64,000 nt of DNA from positions 192,001 to 256,000 of the forward strand of contig CAVVKJ010000005.1 of the NCBI GenBank assembly GCA_963748815.1, written 5' to 3'. A program made the position numbers and the translations under genes. This document shows, one piece after another, positions 52,149 through 61,359 of the stretch (position 1 is the first letter of the stretch; every line of letters starts with the position of its first letter). Below the pieces are notes generated by a model. The model was not told the origin of the DNA. It ran no database searches and worked only from the letters and a program-made list of their open reading frames with translations. This DNA is from an uncultured Gemmatimonadales bacterium. Lineage in GTDB: Bacteria; Gemmatimonadota; Gemmatimonadetes; Gemmatimonadales; GWC2-71-9.

Positions 52149-53521
52149 TCGCATTTCCGTTGCGTCGTTCCGGCGCTTCGCTCGTCCTGGTTGCGAGTGC
52201 GCTGGCCTGCAGCGGTGGCGGCTCGACCCCGGCCGAGGCGCCGGCCCCGGCCGCCGCGCCGGCCGAGGCCCCGCCCGTCACCGTGGTGCTCTCCGCGGCG
52301 CCCTCCTTCGAGGGTGTCACGACCGGCAACGGGTGGGTGGACGGGTCGGCCACCGCGGCAACCAGCACCCGGTATTTCCGGGAGGTGGCGGGGACGCAGG
52401 GGCAGGTCTTCGAGCTCAAAGGGGAGGCCACGGGCGACGAAAAGGACAAGGCATGCGGCACCGACTGGCGGGCGTCCACCGCGCGGTCGGTTGTGCTGGT
52501 TACGCCGGACGCCGGCAAGGGCTCCGTCGGCTTTGCCCTCAGCGCCACGGCCACGGCCCGACGGGGGTCCTGGCGGACGAAGGCGACCCTGAGCTGCACG
52601 ACGCTGAACACCACCGAGGCGCAAGCGGCGACGATGGCACGCGGGCAGGCGTGGGTGACCCTGGGCGGCGGGCCCGCCGACCTCGATCAATTGGTGATCG
52701 AGACCACCGGGTCCACGACCGGCGAGTGGGCGCTGAGCGTCACCGATACGGCGGGGCAGAAGTATCCCACCACCCAGACGGGCGCCACGCTTGTCGCCGC
52801 CGTGCCTGGTGCGGGACGCTACTCCGTGGCCGCTTCCGTGACTGCGCGCGCCGCAACCGCCGGCGCCAAGGACTCGGTCGAGCAGCGCCTTCGCGCGACG
52901 GTCAAGGTGACGAGCCTGCGGAACGCCCTCGCGGCCGCGCTCGGGACGGCACCGCTGCCCAACCTCGATGCGCCGTACACGGTCGAGGTGGCCGCCGCCG
53001 CGCTGGCCGATCCGATCGAGGCCGCCCTCGCCGGCTACCAGCCGTGCGCGGCCAAGCCCGGCTGCGCCGGAAAAGTGTCCGATCTTTCCGTCAGCTCCGC
53101 CTCGGTCTGGGCGGCGGACGGGGGCATGGTGGTCGAGGTGACCCTGGTGGGCAAGAAGCGCTCGCCGATGGTGGTGCGGCTGGTCGGGTTGTCCGAAGTC
53201 CGGTCCGACTCACTTCGGGTCGCTGACCTCCGCCTGGCCGCCGGCCAGACCCAGGTGAGCAAGAAACGGGATCTCACCGCCGCCGTCGCGCTATTTGCCG
53301 CCCGGGCCTCGGCGGTGGCGGTGTCGCTGGCACCGATGAGTTCGACGGCGGAGTCGCAGCTTCGCGCACGGTTCCCGGTTCGCGTCGGCGACCAGTGTGC
53401 CGAGGCCCGAGCCACCCCTGCGACCTTTCTCGGCACGACACCGGCCGCCGATTCGACCGCCTTGCGGGTGTACTTCGGCGTGACCCCGAGCCCGCTGCAG
53501 CCCTGCAGCCGCCCGAGGTAA
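52145..53521 (+). CDS. Hypothetical Cys-containing lipoprotein
   Basis: Lipobox ALAC, Pro/Ala linker, Thr/Ala/Val-rich beta-type sequence, six further Cys. ATGA overlap with the receiver gene. Confidence 0.7.
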   Translation: MIAFPLRRSGASLVLVASALACSGGGSTPAEAPAPAAAPAEAPPVTVVLSAAPSFEGVTTGNGWVDGSATAATSTRYFREVAGTQGQVFELKGEATGDEKDKACGTDWRASTARSVVLVTPDAGKGSVGFALSATATARRGSWRTKATLSCTTLNTTEAQAATMARGQAWVTLGGGPADLDQLVIETTGSTTGEWALSVTDTAGQKYPTTQTGATLVAAVPGAGRYSVAASVTARAATAGAKDSVEQRLRATVKVTSLRNALAAALGTAPLPNLDAPYTVEVAAAALADPIEAALAGYQPCAAKPGCAGKVSDLSVSSASVWAADGGMVVEVTLVGKKRSPMVVRLVGLSEVRSDSLRVADLRLAAGQTQVSKKRDLTAAVALFAARASAVAVSLAPMSSTAESQLRARFPVRVGDQCAEARATPATFLGTTPAADSTALRVYFGVTPSPLQPCSRPR

Positions 53522-53525
53522 CGGC

Positions 53526-54323
53526 GTGACCCTCGTCCGGGTGGTCCACACCACGGCGCGCCTGGACGCGCTGGCCGGATTGCTCGACGTGGCCACGCGC
53601 GCCGCGCGCGAGTCGGGGGCCGGCGACGAGGGGGAGCACGACGTGCGGCTGGCGGCTGAGGAGGTGCTGATCAACGTGATCAACCATGCGTATCCGGGCG
53701 GGACGCCGGGGCCGCTCGTGTTGCGCGCACGGGTCGAACCGGGGGCGCTCACGCTGACCGTGTTGGATGAGGGCACGCCGTTTGCCCCCGTGCAGGCGCC
53801 GGCGCCGGACCTCGGCTCGGAATGGGCGGACCGGCGGATCGGCGGACTGGGGTGGCACCTGGTCGGGAAGTTGATGGACGAGGTACGGCACCGCGACCGC
53901 GGTGAGCGCGGCAATGAACTGACGATGATCAAGCGATTCGGGCCTGCCGGATCACTTTCTTCCACTACGCTGGGGCAAGGCGCCATGCAAATTGAAGTCG
54001 AACGACGCGGCCAGGTGACGGTCGCCGGAGTCAACGGAAACGTGGACGGGCTGACGTCGGCCGAGTTGAGCCGGGTGCTCGGGGGGGAGGTGGAAGCCGG
54101 CGGACACCAGATGGTGGTGTCGCTGGCGGGGGTGGACTACACCAGCAGTGCGGGCCTCCGGGTCCTGCTGGCGGTGGTCAAGGACGCCCGGAGCCGGGGC
54201 GGTGACGTCCGGCTGGCGGCAGTGCGGGACAATGTGCGCAAGGTCCTCGAACTGAGCGGCTTCACCAGCATCCTCAAACTCTTTCCGGACGTGGACGCCG
54301 CCGTGGCCAGCTTCGGCGGTTAA
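53526..54323 (+). CDS. RsbW-like kinase in frame with STAS (RsbV-like) anti-anti-sigma domain
   Basis: LAAEEVLINVINHAY, DEG.PF, GGLG..L...LMD; then MQIE (ATG near 53985)..VDYTSSAGLRVL..LELSGF. Confidence 0.85.
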   Translation: MTLVRVVHTTARLDALAGLLDVATRAARESGAGDEGEHDVRLAAEEVLINVINHAYPGGTPGPLVLRARVEPGALTLTVLDEGTPFAPVQAPAPDLGSEWADRRIGGLGWHLVGKLMDEVRHRDRGERGNELTMIKRFGPAGSLSSTTLGQGAMQIEVERRGQVTVAGVNGNVDGLTSAELSRVLGGEVEAGGHQMVVSLAGVDYTSSAGLRVLLAVVKDARSRGGDVRLAAVRDNVRKVLELSGFTSILKLFPDVDAAVASFGG

Positions 54324-55561
54324 CTCCGCTCGGGCAGGCGGCGCACGGCGAGCAGGGTGATGTCATCCGACTGCTCGGCGCCGCCCGCCCATCGATCCAC
54401 CGCCGCGACCAGTCCGTCCAGCAGGGCGTCCGCAGACGCCGCAGGGGCCAGCGCCGTCTCCACGGCCCGATCCTCCCCGAACAACTCCTCCCCGGCGTCG
54501 GTGCGGGCCTCGGTGACGCCGTCGGTCCACGCGACGAGCGTCTCGCCCGGGGCGAGCGTCGCCTGCCCCACGGCGAACGGCAGCCCCGGCATGAGGCCCA
54601 GCGCCGGCCCGGTGGGCGGGAGTGGCCGCACGCCGGCGGGACCGACGATGACCGGCGGTTCCTGTCCCGCGTTGATGTACTGGACGACGCCGCTCTCGCC
54701 ATCCACGACCGCGAAAAAGACGGTGGCGAACATATTTGAGCTGCTGTGGGTCCCGGCTACATAGTCGTTGACGAGGGTGACGGTCCGGCGCAGGTGATTG
54801 GTCACGGCGGTCGCGCGCGGCCCGGTCTCGCGGCGCCGCTCCCGGCTGGTGCCGCGATCGCTCCAGCGGACGCCGTCGGATTGCTCCGCGAGCGCGCGGA
54901 GCAGGCTTCGAAAGAGCGCCATGAAGAGGGCGGCGCCGACGCCCTTGTCGCAGACATCACCGATCGCTACCACCACTTCATTTTCGCCGGCCAGGGGGAA
55001 GAGGTCGTAAAAGTCCCCGCCGACCAGCTTGGCCGAGCGCAACCGCGCCGCAAACTCGAACCCGGGCATCGCCGGCAGCGTGGCCGGAAGAAAGTGCGCC
55101 TGGATCTCGCGACCGATCTCGAGCTCCCGCACGAGGCTCCGTTGGTACAGTTGTTCGCGCTCGTGGAGGCGCTTGCGGGCCAGCGAGGCGCCGAGTCGCG
55201 CCTGGAGGATGAGCGGGTCGAAGGGCTTCGGCAGGTAGTCGTCGGCGCCGAGCTCGATGCAGCGCGCGATACTCTCCTTTTCGTCGATGGCCGAGATCAT
55301 GATGACCGGGATCTGGCGGAGCCGCTCATCGGCCGCGAGCGCTTCGAGCACCTCGTACCCGTTCATGTTGGGCATCATGATGTCGAGCAGGACCACGTCC
55401 ACCGGCTGGGCGCGCAGCACCTCGAGCGCGCGGACCCCGTCCTCGGCCATCAGCACCTGATGGCCGAGCCGGCGGACCCGCCGGGCCAGGAGGTCGCGGT
55501 TCATCTCGACGTCGTCCACGACGAGCACCTGGGCCGGGGCGTCGGGGGTGGGGTGACTCAC
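54320..55561 (-). CDS. REC-PP2C (SpoIIE/RsbU-like) phosphatase
   Basis: VVDD, LLDIMMP, KPF; VGGDFYD, GDVCDKG, NAG, TDG, DDIT. Confidence 0.94.
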   Translation of the reverse strand: MSHPTPDAPAQVLVVDDVEMNRDLLARRVRRLGHQVLMAEDGVRALEVLRAQPVDVVLLDIMMPNMNGYEVLEALAADERLRQIPVIMISAIDEKESIARCIELGADDYLPKPFDPLILQARLGASLARKRLHEREQLYQRSLVRELEIGREIQAHFLPATLPAMPGFEFAARLRSAKLVGGDFYDLFPLAGENEVVVAIGDVCDKGVGAALFMALFRSLLRALAEQSDGVRWSDRGTSRERRRETGPRATAVTNHLRRTVTLVNDYVAGTHSSSNMFATVFFAVVDGESGVVQYINAGQEPPVIVGPAGVRPLPPTGPALGLMPGLPFAVGQATLAPGETLVAWTDGVTEARTDAGEELFGEDRAVETALAPAASADALLDGLVAAVDRWAGGAEQSDDITLLAVRRLPERS

Positions 55562-56418
55562 GCGGGCACCTCCGCCAGCAGCTTCCGGATGTACGGGATG
55601 TGCGGCATCGCGGCCCGCCGGCCCTCCTCGATGACGTAGGGAATCTTCGAGGTGTCGAAGATACCCACCGGCTGCCTGAACTCCGGCAGCACCGGAATCA
55701 CCTCGGTGAAGTGCGTCAGATTGTGAAAGGCGAACCGCGAGCGGAGGAGGTTGTTGGACATGATGCCCGTCAGCTGCAGCCCGAGGCGCATCGGGCTGGT
55801 GAAGCGGCGGAGACTGGGGCTCTCAAACCCCATCGCGAGGATGATCCCGGCCCGCTCCTGGATGGCCACGTTGACCGGGAGGGGGTCCGACAGGAAGCCG
55901 TCCATCAGGAGGTGCTCCCCGATGCGCTTCGGCGCGAAGACGAACGGGATCGCCACGCTCGCCCGCATCGCCTCCCAGAGCAGCCCTTCCGCAAGGACGA
56001 TCTGGCTCCCGGTGTGGAAGTCGGTGGCCGTGATGTAGAGCGGAATCCTGGTGTCCTCGAAGGTGCGGGCGCCGAAGGCGGCCGCGAGCCGCGCGTTGAG
56101 CAGGCGGTCGTCGCGGAATGAAAAGTCGGTCGAAAAGCCGAAGAGGCGCGGGAAGGCAGCCTTGAGGAGGGCCATTCGCCGCGGGCGAGAGGTGGTCTCG
56201 CGGGTCCAGAGCCGCATAGTCAGGTCGATGGTCTCGCCGACGCTCCACCCGAGCGCCGCCGCCGCCGCGTAGAGCGACCCGCCGCTGCATCCGACCACCA
56301 GGTCGACCTCGATGCCTTCGTCACGGAGCGCCTGCTGCAGTCCCAGGGCGGCCGCGCACTTGACGCCGCCGGAGCCGATCACAAGCGCGATGCGGCTGCG
56401 CGGTGGGTCATAGGTCAT
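55558..56418 (-). CDS. Patatin-like phospholipase
   Basis: GSGGVK oxyanion motif, GCSGG nucleophile, AS.AIP, DGF. Confidence 0.88.
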   Translation of the reverse strand: MTYDPPRSRIALVIGSGGVKCAAALGLQQALRDEGIEVDLVVGCSGGSLYAAAAALGWSVGETIDLTMRLWTRETTSRPRRMALLKAAFPRLFGFSTDFSFRDDRLLNARLAAAFGARTFEDTRIPLYITATDFHTGSQIVLAEGLLWEAMRASVAIPFVFAPKRIGEHLLMDGFLSDPLPVNVAIQERAGIILAMGFESPSLRRFTSPMRLGLQLTGIMSNNLLRSRFAFHNLTHFTEVIPVLPEFRQPVGIFDTSKIPYVIEEGRRAAMPHIPYIRKLLAEVPA

Positions 56419-56461
56419 GTCGGGAAGGATGCGGTCGGCCGGGCTGCCGCGCAACCGATGC

Positions 56462-57298
56462 TCAGGGGAGAAATGCGTCGAGCAGGCGCCGGAATTCATC
56501 GTGGGCCTCAACGTACGGCACGTGACCGCAGCGCTCGAGGAGGTGGAACGGCGCGCCGAGCGCATCCGCGACGGCGCGGGCCGACGCCGCCGGGATCGGG
56601 TCGTCGTCGCCGTGCAGGACGATTGCAGGGAGGCGCAACCGGGCCAAGGCTGGGCGCAGGTCGAAGTCGCCCAGGCTGTCCCACACCTCCTGCTGGGTGC
56701 GGCCGGTCACGCGAAACGGGGTGAGCCCCGCCACCTTCGCGGGATCGTGGAAGTACCCGGCCACCGAGAGTTCGAACACCCGGCGCTGGTAGGCCTCGGC
56801 GTCGCGCTCCCGCAGGCCGCTGGCGCGAAGGGCGGCGCGCGCCTCCTGGAGGGCGGGGGCCATGGTGCGGGCGGAGAGCCGGCTTTCAAACTCGGCGCGC
56901 GCCGCCCGCCACGCCGGCGCGGGCGACACCAGGGCGAGCCGTTCCACGCGCTCGGGATGTTCCGTGGCGTAGAGGAGCGCGAGGAGGCCGCCCCAGGAAT
57001 ACCCCGCCAGCGTCAGCCGATCGATTCCCCAGAGTTGCCGCAACGCCTCGAGGTCCGCCACCTGTTCGCGCCAGCCGACGGGCACCTCGCGCGGAACCGC
57101 GGACCGGCCGCCGCCCCGCTGATCGTAGTAGACCAGCGTCCGGCCGGTGGCCAGCGCATCGAAACCCGGGAGGAGATAGTCGTGGTGCGCGCCGGGTCCG
57201 CCGTGCAGCACGACGGTGGCGGGGCCAACGCCCACCCGGCGCTCAAAAAGCGACACTCCACGCACCTCACGGGTGCAGGTCTCAGGCGGTGGCGGCAC
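56462..57298 (-). CDS. Alpha/beta hydrolase (proline iminopeptidase-like)
   Basis: LHGGPG, YDQRG.GRS, GYSWGG, HGDDD, GHVP. Confidence 0.9.
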   Translation of the reverse strand: MPPPPETCTREVRGVSLFERRVGVGPATVVLHGGPGAHHDYLLPGFDALATGRTLVYYDQRGGGRSAVPREVPVGWREQVADLEALRQLWGIDRLTLAGYSWGGLLALLYATEHPERVERLALVSPAPAWRAARAEFESRLSARTMAPALQEARAALRASGLRERDAEAYQRRVFELSVAGYFHDPAKVAGLTPFRVTGRTQQEVWDSLGDFDLRPALARLRLPAIVLHGDDDPIPAASARAVADALGAPFHLLERCGHVPYVEAHDEFRRLLDAFLP

Positions 57299-58181
57299 GG
57301 AGTTCCTCCACCGTGTTTGCGTGGATCGTCACGATATCCTCGATCCGCTCGGCGTAGCCCCCGGCGAGCGTGACGGCCACCGGCAGCGCGCGCCGGGCGC
57401 AGGCCGCAAAGACGCGGCGGTCCCGGGCCCGCAGGCCTTCCACCGACAGCGTGAGGCGGCCGAACCGGTCGCCGCCGAACGGGTCGGCGCCGGCCAGGTA
57501 GAAGACGAGGTCGGGCGCGGCGTCGTCGAGCACCTCGTCGAGGTGCGTCTCCAGCGTCGCGAGGTAGGCGGCGTCGCCGGTACCATCGGGGAGCTCGACA
57601 TCGAGCCGGCTTCGCTCACGGTGAAAGGGATAGTTCCGTTCGCCGTGCATCGAGAAGGTATGGACGTCCTCGTCGCCCTCGAAGATCCGTGCCGTGCCGT
57701 TCCCCTGGTGCACGTCGAGGTCGATCACCGCCACGCGCCGGATCTGCCCTTCGCGCTGGAGCACCCGGGTCGCCACGGCGACGTCGTTGAAGACGCAGAA
57801 CCCCTCGCCCCGTTCGGCGAAGGCGTGATGAGTGCCGCCGGCGAGGTTGAGGCCGGCCCCCGTCGCCAGCGCGTCCCGCGCGGCCTCGACGGTGCCCTGC
57901 ACCGTCCGGAACGATCGCTCCCGGAGGCCGGGCCCCCACGGAAAGCCGAGGCGGCGGACGGCCGGCTCCGACAGCGTGCCGTCCTCGATGGCGGCGACGT
58001 AGTCGTCGGTATGCACGAGGGCGAGCGCGGTGCGCTCGATGCGGTCCGGTTCGTGGATCGACTCGGCGGGGAGGAGGCCGCGCGCCACGACGCCGTCGCG
58101 CACCGCCTGGTACTTGGCGATCGGAAAACGGTGGCCGGGAGGAAGGGCGACGGAAAAGCGGGAGGAGGACCAGGCTCTCAC
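57282..58181 (-). CDS. Histone deacetylase family (class IV-like) amidohydrolase
   Basis: HRFP..KY, GGTHHA, GFCVFND, IDLDVHQGNGT, AGAD, GGY. Confidence 0.94.
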   Translation of the reverse strand: MRAWSSSRFSVALPPGHRFPIAKYQAVRDGVVARGLLPAESIHEPDRIERTALALVHTDDYVAAIEDGTLSEPAVRRLGFPWGPGLRERSFRTVQGTVEAARDALATGAGLNLAGGTHHAFAERGEGFCVFNDVAVATRVLQREGQIRRVAVIDLDVHQGNGTARIFEGDEDVHTFSMHGERNYPFHRERSRLDVELPDGTGDAAYLATLETHLDEVLDDAAPDLVFYLAGADPFGGDRFGRLTLSVEGLRARDRRVFAACARRALPVAVTLAGGYAERIEDIVTIHANTVEELRAATA

Positions 58182-58639
58182 AGGAGGACGGCGAGGGCGT
58201 CCGCCACCTGGCGGACGGCTGCTTCCTCCGCCGGTGTGAAGGGGTTGGGCACGTCGCTGTCCACGTCGATCTGGCCGAGGATGGCGGCGCCGCGCCGGAT
58301 CAGCACCACGAGTTCCGAGCGGGTCTCGAGATTGCAGGCGAGGTAGTTCCCGATGGCGCGCACATCGCCGACGTTCTGGTCCTGCCCGGTGGCCACCGCC
58401 GTGCCGCACACGCCCTTGCCCACGGGAATGCGGGTGTGGTCAGTCTCCCGGCCGCTCCAGGCCTCGAGCACCAGCTCGGGGCCGTGAAGCATGTACAGAT
58501 AGACCGAGGTGTACGGGGGGCCGGCGTCACGAATCCGGTCGGCGGCGAGCTGCAGGAGCCCTTGCCGACCGGTGTCGTGCGTGAACGCGCCGCGCAGCGC
58601 GGCGACCACGCGGTCCGCGTCCAGGGCCGTCCCGCTCAT
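58178..58639 (-). CDS. GAF-domain protein, free Met-(R)-sulfoxide reductase-like
   Basis: RIPVGKGVCGTA, YLAC...RSELVV, IDVDS. Confidence 0.8.
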   Translation of the reverse strand: MSGTALDADRVVAALRGAFTHDTGRQGLLQLAADRIRDAGPPYTSVYLYMLHGPELVLEAWSGRETDHTRIPVGKGVCGTAVATGQDQNVGDVRAIGNYLACNLETRSELVVLIRRGAAILGQIDVDSDVPNPFTPAEEAAVRQVADALAVLL

Positions 58640-59928
58640 CCGCCGCGCTTGCCCAGGGTGACGTCGAGGCCGATCGTCTTGCCGTCGCGCACGACGACGA
58701 TGACGACCTTGTCCCCTGGCTTGTAGGCCCGGAGCGCGTCCGTCATCCCCGCGAGGTCGGCGACGTCGTAGTCCCCGATCTTCGTGATCATGTCACCGCC
58801 CTGCATGCCGGCGACCTCTGCTGGGCTTCCCTTCGACACGCCGGTGATGCGGACGCCGCCACTCTCGCCGGAGGCCATGTCCGGGACGGTGCCGAGGTAC
58901 GCGCCGTAGCCTGGCGTGGCCGCGGCGCCGCCCTTGGGCGCCGGCGGGGGCACGTCGACGAAGGTCAAACGCGAGGGCCGGTTGCCAAGCGCCGTCGCCA
59001 TGGCCGCCGCGTAGTCCGCGATGCGCACGAGGCCCTGGGCGTTGATCTTGTCCCAGTCGTCGGTGCTGCGGTGGTAGTCGCCGTGCAGGTCCGAGAAGTA
59101 GTGGAGCACGGGAATCTTGGCGGCGTAGAACGATGTCTGGTCGCTCGGGCCGTAGCCCTCGGGCTGCGGACGGAGGTCGAACTTCGCGTACCAGTTGAGC
59201 GAGTCGAGGAGCGCCGGGAATTCCGTGGCGGTGCCGGTGCCGTACACGATGAGCTTGTCGTTGTTCAGGCGGCCCACCATGTCGAGGTTGATCATCGCCT
59301 CGGTGGCGCTGAGCGGGTAGATCGGGTGCTTCACGTAGTGGTCGGAGCCGAGCAGGCCGAGTTCCTCGCCGCTGAAGGCAATGAAGACGATCGTCCGGGC
59401 GGTCGGCGCGGCTTGGAGGCGCGTCGCGATGGCCAGCAGCGCGGCGGTGCCGGAGGCGTTGTCGTCGGCGCCGTTGTGCACCCGGCCGGTGCTGTCGGGA
59501 TCGAGGGCACCGAACCCGCCGAGTCCGAGGTGGTCATAGTGGGCGCCGACGATGACGGTCTCGTTGCGGAGCGCCGGGTCCCGTCCCGGAATGATTCCGA
59601 TGACGTTCTTGCCGTTCAGGTCGCCGAGATTGGCATGCTGGACCGCAGGGGCGTCCTTGGAGACGGTGAAGGGCTGGAACCAGCCGCCGGGGGGCGGCTG
59701 CAGCCCGATCTGCGCGAACCGGCGCGCGACATACGCGGCGGCCGAGTCGGCGCCGGCGGATCCGGTGAGGCGTCCGCCGAGTTCATCGGCGGCGAGGACC
59801 TTGACGTCGGTCTGGGCGCGCTTGGCGGCCTGGTCGAGGGAAGGAACGGCGGCTTGGGCGGCCAATGGGGCGGCCAGCAGGGCGCCGAGAAGGACACCGA
59901 GGAGCGGACGAACGAATGGGCGGGTCAC
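58636..59928 (-). CDS. M28 aminopeptidase with C-terminal PDZ domain
   Basis: GAHYDH, GADDNASG, GEE.GLLGS, NLDMVG, SD, YH; PDZ LGTVPD..GSPA. Start could be GTG 59979. Confidence 0.93.
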   Translation of the reverse strand: MTRPFVRPLLGVLLGALLAAPLAAQAAVPSLDQAAKRAQTDVKVLAADELGGRLTGSAGADSAAAYVARRFAQIGLQPPPGGWFQPFTVSKDAPAVQHANLGDLNGKNVIGIIPGRDPALRNETVIVGAHYDHLGLGGFGALDPDSTGRVHNGADDNASGTAALLAIATRLQAAPTARTIVFIAFSGEELGLLGSDHYVKHPIYPLSATEAMINLDMVGRLNNDKLIVYGTGTATEFPALLDSLNWYAKFDLRPQPEGYGPSDQTSFYAAKIPVLHYFSDLHGDYHRSTDDWDKINAQGLVRIADYAAAMATALGNRPSRLTFVDVPPPAPKGGAAATPGYGAYLGTVPDMASGESGGVRITGVSKGSPAEVAGMQGGDMITKIGDYDVADLAGMTDALRAYKPGDKVVIVVVRDGKTIGLDVTLGKRGG

Positions 59929-60049
59929 GAGAGGCTCGAAGGTTGAAAACCGGCAGGGTTGCCGGGCTTGGGTGAACACCTAAGATTCTAACCCCGGAGA
60001 GGGCCTGCCCCAAGGCATCACCCGACCCGCCTCCCACCCCCGGAGTCCC

Positions 60050-60619
60050 GTGAACGCTCGCCTGCTTGCGCTGCTCCCCGCCGCCATCGCCATCAACCTG
60101 GTCGTCGGCGGGCTCGTCAACGCGTTGGGGCTGCCGCTCTACCTCGATTCCATCGGGACGATTCTCGCCACCGTGCTGGCGGGTCCGGCGGTCGGAATCC
60201 TCGTCGGCGCGATCGGGCAGGTGCTCTTCGGGCTGATCAACGGCTATCAGTGGATTCCGTTCGGCCTCATCCAGGTGGTGATCGCCGTCCTCGCCGGTGT
60301 CGCCGCTTCCCGGGCCGGGTTTCGCTCCACCGGACGCAGCGTATCCTGGGGGCTCCTCACCGGGCTGGTGGCGGGCGGCCTCTCCTCCGTCATCAGTTAT
60401 GTGCTGTTCCAGGGGGTCACCGCGACGGGGACCACCGCGGTAGTGACGCTGCTGCGGCAGTTCGGCGTCTCGCTTCCGGTCGCGGTCACCGCCTCGAGCC
60501 TGACGCTCGACCTGGCGGACAAGGCGGTCGCGTTCGTGGTCGTCGGCGCCCTGGTGCGGTCGCTCCCGAACCGGATGATCGGCCGGTTTCCCCGTGCCGC
60601 GCGGGCCGTCGGTCGGTGA
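60050..60619 (+). CDS. ECF transporter substrate-binding S component
   Basis: AIAINLV..LPLYLDSIGT.L..LAGP..G; hydrophobic 189 aa; DLADK. Confidence 0.85.
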   Translation: MNARLLALLPAAIAINLVVGGLVNALGLPLYLDSIGTILATVLAGPAVGILVGAIGQVLFGLINGYQWIPFGLIQVVIAVLAGVAASRAGFRSTGRSVSWGLLTGLVAGGLSSVISYVLFQGVTATGTTAVVTLLRQFGVSLPVAVTASSLTLDLADKAVAFVVVGALVRSLPNRMIGRFPRAARAVGR

Positions 60620-61359
60620 CGGCTGCTCCCGGCACGCCGACGGCCCGATGGCATCCCTTCACCCCGCTCGTGCTCACGTTGTGCGTCGCCGTCGTCGCGG
60701 TGGCGGCCCCGGGACCGCGGATGGCCGTCGCCGTGTATGCCGGAACGGCCGTCGCCGTCGTCGTGGCCGGGGTCGGACGCGCCACGCTCCGCGCGCTGAT
60801 CCCACTCGCACCGCTCTGGCTCTTCCTCTTCCTGCTGCACGGCGTCTTCGGCGAAGGTGACCGGGTCATCGTGGCGGGAGCCTCCCTTTCCCGCGATGGC
60901 CTCACCCTGGCGGCCACGCAGGCCGCCCGGCTCGGCGCCATCGCCACCGCGTCGCTGGCCCTCTACGCCTCGTTTTCTCCCTCCCGGTTCGTGGACGCGG
61001 TGGCCGATCGCGGGTGGCCCTTCGCCTGGGCATATCTCGTCGTGGCCACGCTGCTGGCGCTGCCGCGCTTTCGGGCGCGGGCCTCGGCCATCCTGGACGC
61101 CCAGCGCAGCCGGGGACTTCGCTTGCGCGGGAGCCCGCTCAACCGCCTGCGGGCGATCGGCCCGGTGACCTTTCCCCTCCTGCTCGGCGCGCTCGCGGAG
61201 GTGGACGAGCGCGGTTTTGCGTTGGAGACCCGGTGTGCCAGCGGCGTCGCGCGGCGGACACCGCTCGATCCGCCGCAGGACAGCGTGGGCGATCACGCCG
61301 CGCGATGGCTGGCGGGCGCCGGCGCGCTGGCGGCGGTGCTCTGGCGGGTGCTCGGGTGA
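60616..61359 (+). CDS. ECF transporter T component
   Basis: HPFT.L, AQRSRG coupling motif, ALETR. Confidence 0.87.
   Translation: MTAAPGTPTARWHPFTPLVLTLCVAVVAVAAPGPRMAVAVYAGTAVAVVVAGVGRATLRALIPLAPLWLFLFLLHGVFGEGDRVIVAGASLSRDGLTLAATQAARLGAIATASLALYASFSPSRFVDAVADRGWPFAWAYLVVATLLALPRFRARASAILDAQRSRGLRLRGSPLNRLRAIGPVTFPLLLGALAEVDERGFALETRCASGVARRTPLDPPQDSVGDHAARWLAGAGALAAVLWRVLG

Noticed and set aside
55558..56418. Patatin as a CBASS/anti-phage effector
   Set aside because: No cyclase or other defence gene nearby; the context is a signalling cluster.
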